Shown: piece by piece, positions 27,267 through 41,386 of the stretch | Layout of the letters: every line of letters starts with the position of its first letter | Numbering within the stretch: position 1 is the first letter of the stretch | Source of the DNA: Octopus vulgaris | Lineage: Eukaryota | Assembly (NCBI GenBank): GCA_951406725.2 | Contig: OX597833.1 | Span: 19,654,001 to 19,718,000 of the forward strand | DNA: 64,000 nt | Direction of reading: 5' to 3' | Translations under genes and position numbers: made by a program | The notes under the pieces: model-generated | Databases searched by the model: none | What the model was told of the DNA's origin: nothing | What the model saw: only the letters and a program-made list of their open reading frames with translations

Positions 27267-27388
27267 ATGGAGAACATATTGAAGAATGGGGCAAATTCCT
27301 TCACACCAAAAACAAAATCTACGGCGATTTTGAAGAAATTCGACAGGAAATTCGAGCTGAGACAGAACGGATGACAGGGACAAATAAG
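27267..27388 (+). CDS. DNM1L: Drp1 exon (probably exon 3), not represented in the ORF track
   Basis: ttctag acceptor, aag|gtgagt donor; 122 nt completes the phase-1 codon (G+AT=Asp); (D)[40 protein letters not shown], with the Drp1-typical [12 protein letters not shown]. Confidence 0.96.
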
Positions 27389-27778
27389 GTGAGTAGAATT
27401 ATGATTTTCAGTTAGAAGAGTGAACCAGAAAGTAATGCAATGTTTATTTGCATTACTTTTTTTACTCACCATTGTATATACAAAGTGTGAGTCAAAACTT
27501 AATATAAATAAAAATTGCATTTATTTCTGACCCTTCTCATATTCACTTGCTTTTCTTTGCTCTCCTAGTTTTTTTCTCCCTGCTTTACAAACTATGTATA
27601 GGTGCAGGCAAGGGTGTGTGGTTCAGAATTTTGCTTCCCAGTCAGGTTATTTCAGGTTCAGTCCTACTGTGTGACACTTTGGACAAGTGTCTTCTACTAT
27701 AGCACCAGGTCACCCAAATCTTGGAGTGGATTTGGTAGATCAAAACTGAAATCACAGGTTTTCTCAAGCACTGCATAC

Positions 27779-27819
<41 letters not shown>

Positions 27820-27865
27820 ATACATACACACACATATACATACATACATACAATACATACACACA

Positions 27866-28325
27866 TGCATACATGGGTACAGGATGTCACCAGCGGTGCA
27901 AATAACATGAAATACGTAAACAAATGAATGAAATATGTGAATGTGAAAAAATGGAAAACAGGACAAGTAAACAGAGAGAAGACCCTTCATCAGTTGTCGG
28001 CTGTCTATCTACTAATTTTGAGCATTCAGTGACACTATGAGTCTTCAAAGACAGTTGCTCCCATTCTAAAATAAAATTTAGGATTTATGGAGGGTCAAAG
28101 TTGGGAACAAAAAAAATGACAATGGAGACATACAAGGAAACCAAACGGAAACCAACATGGTGGGTTCGTTAGACCAGAACAAGAGGAGAATAGTGAATAC
28201 TGGGAGAAACATGTCCTGTTTTCCATTTTTTCTCGTTTACATATTTCACTCGTTTTTCCCTTGTTTGTTTACATATTTCATATTAATTGCACTACTGGTG
28301 ACGTCCGGTACCCATATGTGCATGT
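27866..28325. repeat. Diverged inverted-repeat element (~100-bp arms) within a CA/TA microsatellite, Penelope-pLTR-like
   Basis: atgggtacaggatgtcaccagcggtgcaa / ttgcactactggtgacgtccggtacccat; aaaaaatggaaaacaggaca / tgtcctgttttccatttttt. Confidence 0.65.
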
Positions 28326-31324
28326 GTATACATATATGTATATATATTATTTAATTGAACATGACACATCCTTTTCCAAGTATCATCATCATTTAATGTC
28401 CGTTTTCCATGCTATCATGGGTTGGACGATTTGACTGAGGACTGGCAAACCAGATGGCTGCACCAGGCTCCAATCAGATCTGGCATCTTGGGCAAGTGTC
28501 TTCTACAATAGCCTTGGGCCGACCAAAGCCTTGTGAGTGGATTTGGTAGACGGAAACTGAAAGAAGCCTGTCGTACATATGTATATCTATATGCGTATGT
28601 ATGTTTGTGTTTCTGTGTTTTCCCCCCCAGATCTGGCAGAGTTTCTACAGCTGGATGTCCTTCCTAACGCCAACCACTCCGAGAGTGTAGTGGGTGCTTT
28701 TACATGTCACTGGCACAAGGGCCAGTCAGGCGGTACTGGCAATGGCCATGCTTAAATGGTGTTTTTTACGTGCCACCTGTACAGGAGCCAGTCCAGTGGC
28801 ACTGGCAATGATCTCACTCGAATGTTTTTTTAACGTGCCACCAGCACAAGTGTCAGTAAGGTGACACTGGTAACAATCATGCTCGGATGATGTTCTTAGT
28901 GCTTCACTAGCATGGATGCCAGTCATCGAATTTGATTTTCCAAGTGTGTGTGTGTGTGTGTATATATATATATGACTCAACCAGCAGAAAGTCTTCAATA
29001 CCACTCTCTTTCTCAGCTGAGGGATCATTTTCTTACGAGTTACTTGGCAATCTTGCTGGTGTTGGTTTCACATAAAAAGCACCAGTGTTGGTGCCGCATA
29101 AAATGCATCCAGTGCACTCTGTAAAGTGGTTAGTGTTAGGAAGAGCATCCAGGTGTATAAACCATTCCAAAACAGATAGCGGAGCCTGGTGCAGTTCTCC
29201 CGCTTGTTGGCTCCAGCCACACTGTTCAACCCATGCCAGCATGGAAGGCAAATGAAGGTTCTGCAATTTCTTGCTGAGCAACCTGCATAAACGGTTTGTT
29301 TATAATGATCAAACGTTTGTGTTCCCCATAAGCTCTTGCCCTCTATCAAATCACCATTACCTGTACGGGTGCACAAGTGTGCCATGCAACAGATGCTAAA
29401 ATGATTGTGGAACATGGTGCACCACCCAGGCTGGGAATCGAAACCACAATCTCATGATCATTAGGCCATGTAGACACACACACACATGCACACATTATTT
29501 ACAGACATAGGCGCAGGAGTGGCTGTGTGGTAAGTAGCTTGCTTACCAACCACATAGTCCCGGGTTCAGTCCCACTGTGTGGCAACTTGAGCAAGTGTCT
29601 TCTACTATAGCTTCGGGCCGACCAAAGCCTTGTTAGTGGATTTGGTAGACGGAAACTGAAAAAAGCCTGTTGTATGTATGTGTGTGTATGTGTTTGTGTG
29701 TCTGTGTTTATCCCCCCAACATCGCTTGACAACCGATGCTGGTGTGTTTACATCCCTGTAACTTAGCAGTTCAGCAAAGGAGACCGATAGAATAAGTACT
29801 AGGCTTACAAAGAATAAGTCCTGGGGTCAATTTGCTCGACTAAAGGTTGTGCCCCAGCATGGCTGCAGTTAAATGGCTGAAACAAGTAAAAGTGTAAAAG
29901 AGACATCTTGCTAAATTCCATCAGAATTTGTTTATTTTGAAACATAATGCTGTCTATTATTGGTAAAAAAGAAAAAAACTATGCGATGTGAAAGTTTAAA
30001 ATGTTGTAACAAATTGGAAAATGAATATAATACATGCCTCAATGGATTATCAAATTAGAGTCAGCTGATATTCCCAGATCCTATTAGAATCGTATCTATT
30101 ATTTTCTTTTCTACTCTCTATGTGTACATTCATCTTAGATTTGAAAGAGCTTTGTTTATGGATGTTTATGACTTCTTTCTTTTGTTCATTATTTAAACTA
30201 GATTTAAATGTATTTTATTTGTAAACTCATTTCTCAGTTTTGGGTGTCGATTAAAAGTGAAAAAGTTTTCCAAACCATTCCAGTATATTATTTAGCAATA
30301 CTAATTGTTTCTCTCTGTGTGTGTGTAAGTAACAGAGAGATATACAGTACATGTATCCTCATTTATCACTGGTGTTTAACTCCACAAAACAATGGTAAAT
30401 GAATCAGCTCCCTGCACTTTGTCAAAGAAATGAATGGTAGATTCATTGACACCAAACAGCAAAGGCCAATAGCTACAAACCTTCCACTGTCATCTTTTGT
30501 TGATCATCTCTAACTTTCCCAATAGAGAATACTCATCTATATCATTTTAAGAATGCACATCCTTGCAGTATGTTAATGAAAACAAAAGCAATTGGCAATG
30601 CATTCTGGATAGCTGAGCAATGTTGATGGGCTACCTTTTTGCAGTACAAACAGAATCTTCTAATCGTCGACTCATGTTACCACAGATCAATCTTTGATAA
30701 GTGTAACATGAGGCAGGATTTCTACAACTGAATGCCCTTCCTCTCACTAACCCTCTCCTGTTTCTGAGCAAGGTGGTATTTTCCCTTAGCTAGATATGTT
30801 TTTTTTATGGAAGACTAGAAACAAACAACCTCACTTATATAACAGTGATGCTCATTTACAATCATCATGTGATGTCTGGCTGAGAGTAGACACAAACGTG
30901 CGTGCACACATGCGCATGCATGCACACATACACACAAATGGACTTTTTTAAATTTCTGTCTACCAGATCCATTCACAAGCTTTTGGGTGATAGTAGAAGA
31001 CACTTACCCAGAGTGTCATACAGTGGGACTGAACCCCAAGACAACATAGCTGGAAAGCAAATTTCTTAACCACACAGCCATGTCTGCACTTCTGTTGTAG
31101 TTGATAATTTCTCATCTGGGTTTCATACTTACATCATGTAAGAGTGTAGTTGGAAGAACTTTCAGTAAATTTTGATATTAACACCCGCATGATTTTCACT
31201 AAGAAAAGAAAATTACAGAAGACTACCAAGAGTCACGTGGAGATGAAATGGTTGTACTTCGACTGGGATAATATTGCACTTTTCCTTTAAGATAAGATGA
31301 TTACATATATCTATATACTTATTT

Positions 31325-31462
31325 ATATTTATTTATTTATATTAAGGGCATTACTATACATAAATGCCTCACACCAGGAGGGCCTCTTAAAATCAAAATT
31401 TTAAGAATCTCTCCTAGCATGAGGCATTTATATTTAGTAATGCCCTTAATATAAATAAATAT
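31325..31462. repeat. Imperfect ~140-bp hairpin
   Basis: atttatattaagggcattact...ataaatgcctca / tgaggcatttat...agtaatgcccttaatataaat. Confidence 0.8.
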
Positions 31463-32429
31463 ATTTAAAGGGAATAATTAATAAATTTTTCCCTTATGAG
31501 GTTTTTCACGCTAACTATTTGATAATTTCTTATAAAGATTTTACCCTATTTTTAAATTGTGTATATATATAATATATACACACATTCTTGGTAGTCTTCC
31601 ATAATTTTTTTTTCTTAGTGAACTTTACCGAACTTTCAAATATTTCAAGTCTTAGTTTTAGTTCTTCCTGTTTCTGATGGAACATTGGGTCACCAGTTGC
31701 ATCCACTGAGTGTGATCTGCTGCACCCATTTTTGCATTGGTCCAAGTCAGTTGCAGTTCCCATATGTCCCCATGGAGAGTACTGCACCAGTTTTTGGGCA
31801 GTCTTCCTCTTCCACATTTGCTCCCAGCCAGAATCTGTGTCAGTGCAGTGTGTGGCAGCCTGTGTTCTGGTAACCATATTATATCATCATCATCATCATT
31901 TAACATCTGCTTTCCATGCTGGCATGATGGGTTGGATGGTTTAGCATAGAGCTGGCTAGCAGGAAGCTGTCCAGAATCCAATTGTCTGTTGTTGCATGGT
32001 TTCTATGGCTGGATGCCCTTCCTAGTGCCAACCACTTAGTAGTGTACTGGGTGCTTTTTCCATGCCACTGGCAATTGTAGTCTATGCTTTTTGACGATGT
32101 CTGATTTCAAATTTCACCTGGAACCAACATATGATATAGTAGAAGTAAGTCAAGGAAGGTCTAGTAAGACACAATTAGAGAAGATTGAAGAAATAATTTG
32201 GGAATGAATGGAAGATATGCAAAGTGTGATATATATAAGAACTTTTGTATTGCAAACCATCATAAATCTGTTGCAGTATTGTAAAACAGACATAGAATAG
32301 CATATATAAGGCTGAAATGGAGGAGAATAGATTATAAGGACAAATATTCTTCGTTGTTGTTGTAGGATCAGGCTTATTTAGTTTCATATCACCTTGATCA
32401 TCTCTGCTCATCTCTATCTTTGATAGCAT

Positions 32430-32940
32430 GTGACTAACAGTTCCTGTCCATGACATCCAGCTTCGTATGTCGACTGAGTGGCATATATCTTTGCTGGACA
32501 ACCAGTGTGATTTCGAGTGAGTTGGGGTGTTCAAAGTGTCACTAACCAACTCCTCTATGCATTTCCAGCTACGTCTGTCAAAGCAAATTCTCCTTTCTCC
32601 AAAACATCATCAAGCCTTAGAGATTATTCTTTCAAGTCCTAGGACTGGTTACCCTGTTCGCTAAAATGAAAAAGGTGTTGCCCCAAAGGACAGCAAGGGA
32701 GATGTGCTGGAACAGCCCCACCCCCACTAACTCACAGGGTTCACACTTGCGGACAGCCATCTCCACCCCGGTAGTGGTGAGCAGGGATATGGTCCAGGTA
32801 CCAAGAATACCAGAGGCTTCCACACAGGAGATATGTTGTGAATGGGGATGGTTTTTTACGTGGACATTTAAATGAGGTTAGGTGATGTATGTAACCTGAC
32901 TGGAAAGTACAGTAGTTGGTTAGTGGAAGGTACCAACAGT
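32430..32940 (+). mobile_element. Degenerate retroelement 3' region, possibly a Penelope-like GIY-YIG tail; 32709-32935 recurs inverted at 24903-25116
   Basis: The inverted second copy is seen directly; the protein resemblance (LLYAF..YVC and REMCW....T..QG..LR versus RE..WI..L.T..P.GLN) is weak and frameshifted. Confidence 0.35.
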
Positions 32941-35753
32941 AGGGGAAGGATCACGGAATTGTTAGAAGAGAAGAGTTAGATGGTATCTGAAAATGTTGGG
33001 CTTAAATAGATGAGATGCTGCAGAACTGAAACGTACTGAAAAATTCTTTACTGAGGACCTGATTAAATCATATCTGCATGGAGGAACAAATATTGAATAA
33101 GTTGATTGGTTTTAATAACGAGCAGTTTATACATATAAATCATAGTTTAGTCAATTAGAAATATATGCCAGACAAGATGTGAGTGACAGATGTTAATTCT
33201 GCTTATATCATACAGAATGGTGACATCTGTGTGTCTAATAGAATTGACCAGAAGAACACGGTCATATGTCTAATTAAAAGAATTATTGATGTTTACTCAG
33301 ATTTAATTTGACATGAACTAGTTCATTCCAATGCATCATCATCGTTTAATGTCTGCTTTCCATGCTAGCATGGGTTGGACAATTTGGCTGAGGTCTAGCA
33401 AACCAGATGGCTGCACCAGACTCCAATCTGATCTGGCAGAGTTTCTACAGCTGGATGCCCTTCTTAACACCAACCACTCTGAGAGTGTAGTGGGTGTTTT
33501 TATGTGCCACCGGCATGAGGGCTAGTCAGTCGGTACTGGCAATGGCCATGCTCAAATGGTGCTTTTTATGTGCCACCTGCACAGGAGCCAGTCCAGCGGC
33601 ACTGGCGACGACCTCGCTCAAATGTTTTTTCACGTGCCACCAACACAAGTGCCAGTAAGGCAACGCAGGTAACGTCTGCCGTTACGTTCTGAGTTCAAAT
33701 TCCACTGAGGTCGACTTTGTCTTTCATCCTTTCGGGGTCAATTAAATAAGTACCAGTTATGCACTGGGGTTGATATAATCGACTTAATCCGTTTGTCTGT
33801 CTTTGTTTGTTCTCTGTGTTTAGCCCCTTGTGGGTAGTAAAGAAATAGGTATTTCGTCTGCCGTTACGTTCTGAGTTCAAATTCCACCGAGGTCGACTTT
33901 GCCCTTCATCCTTTCGGGGTCGATAGATTAAGTACCAGTTACACACTGGGGTCAATATAATCAACTTAATCCGTTTGTCTGTCCTTGTTTGTCTCCTCTG
34001 TGTGTAGCCCCTTGTGGGCAGTAAAGAAATAAGATGAGGCACCTTCATATTTCTTATTTGCTGGTCCTATGTTGGTAGGTGCTTGTGTGTAAGTTTTGCA
34101 GCACAGTCATGTAAATATGAGTCATAGCCAGTACATTCTGGGTAGCTGAATAATGTGGGTGGTGATCACTGGGGCGTGAATTTGTGGTACAAGCAGTCTT
34201 CACCTGATTGCTAAACTGTGTTATCACAGAGGAATCTGTGCTAAGCGTAATCTGTGTCATCCCGGATCAGTGATAAATGAGGCTGCATGTACTGTACAGG
34301 AATTCCCTAATAGTGTTTACAGATCCCTAATATTACTGTTTCTGGAAAGCGCCATCCTTATAGGATAATCTACCAACATCTTTACAAAAGTGGTTATCAT
34401 TTCTATTTTACTAATTACAAATGGAATAATAGCATTCCTTAACTACCATAATGCTTTTAATTCAATGGCTAAGCTGATGTTAATTCAAGCTTGTTCTGCA
34501 CAACATTATATATAAATGTGTGTGTATATGTATGTATGTATATAGATGTGTATGTATGTATATACATGTATGTTAGTGTATATATATATATGCGTGTGTG
34601 TGTGTGTGTGTGTCTATACATATATAGTCATTATGTTGATAATTAGTTCGTTTTTATCTTCGTTGTGGAAAACAATACATAGCGTATGTACTCTTTGATG
34701 GTCTGTCTAGGTGTGAGAGTTTCTGCGGTATTTTCCCCATTGTCATTTTCTAAACCTGGTGGAGATTAATTCGAGTATCATAAAGCTTTCTCTTGAAGAA
34801 GATGAAATTGAGTACTAAGGTGTCCCCAGATCAGCTTTACTACATAATTGTATCTCGATGTTTCATCAGACCCCATGTAAGGACATTCTGATGCAATTTG
34901 TTCTAGTGTTTCAGAAAGACAAAAAAATAAAAAATAAATAGAGGTCACACAAGTCACGTTTGTCTGTTTTCTTTTATTCTTTTTCTTGTTTCAGTCCTTT
35001 GGCTGTGGCCACACTGGAGCACTGCCTTGAAGGGTTGAATTCAAACAAATCAACCCCAGGACATTCTTTTTTAAAGCTTAGTACTTATTCTATCAGTCTC
35101 TTTTGCTGAACTGCTAAGTTATGGGAATGTAAACGCATCAACACCAGTTGTCAAGCGGTGATGGAGGGACGGACACACACACACATGCACACACACACAG
35201 ATTTATACATATATACGGCAGGCTTGTTTCAGTTTCCGTCTACCAAATCCACTCACAAGGCTTTGGTCAGCTTGAGACTATAGTAGAAGATACTTGCGCA
35301 AGGTGCCACGCAGTGATACTGAACTGGGAACCATGTGGTTGGTAAGCAAGCTATTTACCACACAGCTATACCTGCACCTATTTTGTAGGAATTTTAAAAT
35401 CTTTTTTTGTTTCAGTTATTGAACTGTTCTTTGAAGGGTTTAGTTGAATATATCAACCCCAATACTTTATTTTTGAGTCTGATGCTTTTTCTATCAACCA
35501 CTTTTGTTTAACTGCTAAGTTACAGGAATGTTAACAAATCACATATATATTCTTTTACTTGTGTTAGTCATTTGACTGCGGCCATGCTGGAGCACTGCCT
35601 TTAGTAGAAGAAATCGACCCCAGGACTTATTTTCTGTAAGCCTAGTACTTATTCTATTGGTCTCTTTGACCAAACTCATAAGTTACGGGAGCATAAACAC
35701 ACCAACATTGGTTGTCAAGTGATGGTGGTGGGGGGGGACAAACACAGACACAC

Positions 35754-35817
<64 letters not shown>

Positions 35818-36604
35818 TATATGCACTGCCAGATCAGACTGGAGGCTGGTGCAGCTTCCTGGCTCCCCAGACCCCGGTCGAACCGTCCAACCCATGCTAG
35901 CATGGAAAACAGACATTCAACGATGATGATGATGATATATATATATGTGACAGGCTTCTTTCAGTTTCCATCTATCAAATCCACTCACAAGGCTTTAGTT
36001 GGCTTGAGGCTATAGTAGAAGATACTTGCCCAATGTGTTACACAGTGGAACTGAACCCAGAACCATGTGGTTGGGAAGTAAGCTTCTTACCAGACAGCCA
36101 ATATTTTATCTTTTACTTGTGTCCATCATTAGACTGACCATGCTGGGGCACTGCTTTGAAGAATTTTAGTCAAATAAATTGATCCCAGTACTTATCTTGT
36201 TTTAAGCTTGGTACTTATTGTATCAGTCTCCTTTGTTGAACTGCTAAGTTGCAGGAATGTACAAAAACCAACACCAGTTGTCAAGCACCGGTAATATTGT
36301 ATATAATTGCAAAATCCTAATTATAGAATTAAGAAATTCTTAATGTTCTTGCTGTTGTTGTTGTAGTTTTAATTATTTATGAAGTAGCGAGCTGGCTGAA
36401 TCATTAGTGTGCCGGACAAAATGCTTAGAAGCATTTTTTTATGACTTTACATTCTGAGTGCAAATGCCACTGAAGTCAACTTTTCATTCCATCCTTTTGT
36501 GGTCAATAAAATAAGTATCAGTTGAGTCCTAGAGTTGATGTAATCAATTAGCCCCCCCCCCCCATTTCAGCTCTTGTGCCTATAGTAGAAAGGTTTATTT
36601 ATTA

Positions 36605-36993
36605 CTAGCAGTATCACCCGGCGTTGCTCGGGTTTGTAAGGGAAATAACTATATAAGCATTTTTAGAGAGTTATAGCCAAAAAATAGCAAAAAAATGCAT
36701 TAAAAATGGGAAAAAAATGATGGTAATTTTTTTTTAAATCGTTGACTCATCGTAGACATTTTTAGAGAGTTACTTCCCTTAGTGAAAAAATGCATTAAAA
36801 TGGAAAAAATGATGGTAAATTATTTTTAAAATCATAGAATCATCGTAGACGCGCGCTAATACCCAGAAGGGCTCGATATGAATCACGACTATAAGATACC
36901 CGCTTTTGGTTACACTGCACTGCAAAATGTAGGAGTAGCTAGGAATCTAAATCGTTGGAGACAGACACACAACTTCTCTTTTATATATAAAGA
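36605..36993 (-). mobile_element. Non-autonomous Helitron
   Basis: Minus strand reads a|TCTTTATATATAAAAG ... CCCGAGCAACGCCGGG hairpin ... CTAG|t: TC start, subterminal hairpin, CTAG end, A|T target, no TSD. Confidence 0.8.
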
Positions 36994-38149
36994 TTATTAG
37001 AGTTGTTCTCCTGTCGTGAACCAGAATGGTAATTTGCATATTCACATTCAAACATGACAATGTATTAATTATATATAATATATTATATAAATAGGTGCCA
37101 GTGTGACATTGTTGTCAGAAGCTTGCTTCCGAACCACATGGTTCTGGGTTCAATCACACTACTTGGTAACTTAGGCAAGTGTCTTCTACTAGAGCCTCAG
37201 GCTGACCAAAGCTTTGAGAGTGGATTTGGTAAACAGAAACTGAAAGAAACTGTTTCATATATACACATAATATACACATAGTGAAGGTACATGGCTCAGT
37301 GGTTAGAGCATTGAGCTTATGATTATGAGATTGTAAGTTACGAATGCCGACCGGGCTGCATTTTCTGTTCTTGAGCAAGACATTTTATTTCACGTTGCTC
37401 CAGTTCACTCAGCTGTAGAAATGAGTTGCGACATCACAGGTGCCAAGCTGTATCGGCCCCTTTGCCTTTCCCTTGGATAACACTGGTGGCGTGGAGAGGG
37501 GAGGCCGGTATGCATGGGCGACTGCTGGTCTTCCATAAACAACCTTGCCCGGACTTGTGCCTGGGAGGATAACTTTCTAGGTGCAATCCCATGGTCAGTC
37601 ATGACCGAAGGAGGTCTCTCAATATACACATATATATAAAAGTGTCCCTGCGATGCCATGTAAAAGTACCCAGCACACTCTGAAGTGGTCAGTGTTACTG
37701 GGGTCTGGTGCATCCCTCCCCCCCCCCCCCAGCTTTCCAGCTTTGGTCACATCATCCAACCCATGCTAGCATGGACAATGGATGCTAAATGATGATGATG
37801 AATATATATGTGTATGTATTTGAGTGTGTGTGTGTCCTTGTCTGTGTTTCACCCCCTCCCCATAATCGCTTGACAAACAGTGTTGGTGTGTTTATGTCCT
37901 CATAACTTGGTGGTTCGGCAAAATAGACCAACAGAATATGTACTAGGCTTTTAAAAAAATAATTCCGGGGGTCAATTTGTCCAACTAAAACTCTTCAAAG
38001 TGGTGCCCCAGCATAGCCATAGTCAAATAACTGAAACAAGTAATGGATAAAACTAAGTCAGCATTTTGATTCTTACTGTTTCACTGTGTTTAAGACAATT
38101 TATAATAATATTATTAATAATGTTTAAAAAATATTCTGTTTCATTTCAG

Positions 38150-38399
38150 GGCATCTCACAGGATGCCATTCACTTAAGGATTTATTCTGCTAGTGTTGTT
38201 AATTTAACACTGGTTGACTTGCCAGGCATTACCAAAGTACCCGTAGGAGACCAACCCGAGGATATTGAAATGCAGATTAAAGAGATGTGTATGAAGTATA
38301 TCAGCAACCCCAACTCGATAATTCTGTCAGTAACTGCTGCTAACACCGACATGGCTACCTCTGAATCCTTGGCTCTTGCTCGGGAAGTTGATCCTGAAG
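38150..38399 (+). CDS. DNM1L: Drp1 exon (probably exon 4), G3 motif DLPG
   Basis: tttcag acceptor, g|gtaagt donor; 250 nt; [83 protein letters not shown]. Confidence 0.97.
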
Positions 38400-40986
38400 G
38401 TAAGTGTTACAAAGGGAGATGCCTTTATTTTATGTAACTATGCAAACCTTCCCTTCATTGGACACTGCTTGCAAAGACCTGTTGAGGCAAGTGAAATCAG
38501 AATCAAATTCGATGACTGGCATCCGTGCCTGTGGAGCACTAATAGCACCATCCGAGCGTGATTGTTGCCAGAGCGGCTAACTGGCATCCGTGCCAGGGGT
38601 ACGTAAAAAGTGCCATTCAAACGTGATCGTTACCAACGTTGCCTTACTGGCACTTGTGCCAGTGTGCAGGTGGCACGTAAAAAAAAAAAGCACCATTTGG
38701 GCGTGGCCGTTGCCAGTACCCCCTGACTGGCCCTCATGCTGGTGGCACATAAAAGCACCCACTTCACTCTTGGAGTGGTTGGCGTTAGGAAGGGCATCCA
38801 GCTGTAGAAACTCTGCCAGATCAAGATTGCGGCCTGGTGCAGCCATCTGGTTCACCAGTCCTCAGTCAAATCGTCCAACCCATGATAGCATGGAAATGTG
38901 GACATTAAAAGATGATGATGATGATGTCTTGGGTGAGTGAGTAAATTGAGGGGAAGTAGATTGGTAAAACACTGGATTACTGCCTTGCAGCCCCTTTCCT
39001 TAAACTTCAAATATCGACAAGTTTGACCTAGCATTTTGTACTTTCACAGTCAATAAAATACACTACCAGTTAAATACTGGAGTTGATTTAACCCTTTAGC
39101 ATTCAGATTACGTGGTCAAATGTAATGCTTATTTATTTACATTCATTTGAATTAGTCAGGCATTATCTTGCAGCTTTGAGATTTCAAGGACCTGATGGTT
39201 ATTTTTTAGAATAATATTGTAAGTGTTAGAGGCCAAATCTGGCCAGTTTGAGCAAAAATCCTTAGAAGAGCTTGAGTAACTGATGGCATTTATTTTGTGT
39301 GTAAATCTACATAGTAGATATACAAATATGTTAATATGAGAATATTTTGGCTGGATATGGCCAGTTTGTATGCTAAAGGATAAATCTATATAGGACTATA
39401 TCACCTGATGTGTCTTTCCTTGTTTTTAGGACATATTTTAGGTTCTTACTTTAACGTGGAAGTGTGTGGCTTAGTGTTAGGGTGTTGGACTAATGGTCAT
39501 GAGATTGTGGTTTCGATTCCTGGACCAGGCAATGCGTTGTGTTCTTGAGTGCCAGTTTGTTATTTCTACCTAGTAGGTTTACACACATTATGTCATATCT
39601 CGACACTGTGTGGACTGAGTTCCCTGTTGACAGGCCACTGATGATTGTTACCAGCGTCGCCTTACTGGCACTTGTGCCAGTGGCACGTGAAAAAACATTC
39701 TAGCAAGGTCATTGCCAGTGCTGCTGGACTGCCTTCTGTGCAGGTGGCACATTAAAAACACCATTTGAGCATGGCTGTTGCCAGTACCGCCTGACCGACC
39801 CTCGTGTTGGTGGCACGTAAAAGCACCCACTACACTCTTGGAGTGGTTGGCATTAGGAAGGGCATCCAACTGTAGAAACTCTGCCAAATCAAGATTGGAG
39901 CCTGGTGCAGCCATCTGGGTCGCCAGTCCTCAGTCAAATCGTCCAACCCATGCTAGCACGGAAAGCAGATGTTAAACGATGATGATGATGATGATGAATG
40001 GTATGCAAATTTCCAACTCCACTTCTTTTAAGCTACAAGGTTTGATCTGTATATAACTATAGCTTGCTACTAGTTTCTTTGGGATTGATCAAGTGATGTA
40101 GACACCTCTAATGAGACCCCAATAAGGGTTGTAAATTGATCAAGGCTGTTCACCAGTTTTCCACTCTACAGGAAAAAAGAAATAGGTAAATTTAACACAT
40201 TTGTATATCTACTATGTAGATTTACACACAAGATAAATGCCACCAGTCACTGAAGCTCTTCTAAGGTTTTATAAAACCTTTCATTAAATGATATCAGAGA
40301 GTATAACAAACAGTTTGAGAGAGAAAGGAAGGCAACAGACTGAATGATGCATCTTAAATTATGTATCTAATGCTTTTACTTTTTACTCTTTTACTTGTTT
40401 CAGTCATTTCAGTCATTTGACTGTGGCCATGCTGGAGCACCACCTTTAGTCGAGCAAATCGACCCCGGGACTTATTCTTTGTAAGCCCAGTACTTATTCT
40501 ATCCGTCTCTTTTGCCGAACCGCTAAGTGACGGGGACGTAAACACACCAGCATCGGTTGTCAAGCAATGCTAGGGAGACAGACACACAAACACACACACA
40601 CATATATACATATATACGACAGGCTTCTTTCAGTTTCCATCTACCAAATCCACTCACAAGGCATTGGTCGGTTCGGGGCTATAGCAGAAGACACTTGCCC
40701 AAGATGCCACGCAGTGGGACTGAACCTGGAACCATGTGGTTGGTTAGCAAGCTACTTACCACACAGCCACTCTACAAACTAATTACAAAGGGCCTGTAAA
40801 TCATTTCTTCTCATGTTAGCTTCTGTAAATGATTTCATTTTCTGCTGTTTTAATCTCAACACACATCAAGGTTATAACCAACAATTTTGTGTTTATGAAG
40901 TCTAAATGTCATTTACATCAAAATCTTAATTACAGTATTCGCTAGCATTAAAGACTCACCCCTATTTTACAAGTATGTTTTGTAAT

Positions 40987-41386
40987 GGATCTTTTCGGTT
41001 TGAACGCCAATTTTTTCTAGCGGTGTCATATGAAATTGTCACCCATAATTACGACCCTACTCTCGATCTATTGCATTTCAATCTATTTTAGGGTTATAAG
41101 GGTATCTTTTTTTCTTTACAAATGTAAATAAACCCAATCTGTTTCTTAAATGAGGGACATATTCATACGGCACAGAATGTTGTTTACCTCAATGGACATC
41201 AGTGATTGGTTGAAATTGCAGAAATTGAAGAAAAAACCAACAAATATCTTACAACCTATAGAATTTTCTCAATAAAGCCAAAAGAAAATGATGTTTTATA
41301 AACACATTCTACCAGTATACGAAGTTTAAAATTTTTTAGTTACCTAGAAATTATGTTAAAAACTGCTGTTCAAGCCGAAAAGATCC
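40987..41386. mobile_element. MITE with GGATCTTTTC TIRs (possibly Merlin-like)
   Basis: GGATCTTTTCGGTTTGAAC / GTTCAAGCCGAAAAGATCC; 8-bp flanks TTTGTAAT / TTTGTAAC. Confidence 0.7.

Noticed and set aside
27981-27993. CTGATGA hammerhead core on the minus strand (also on + at 3679-3685)
   Set aside because: No stem II followed by GAAA at a suitable distance, so no complete hammerhead can be drawn.
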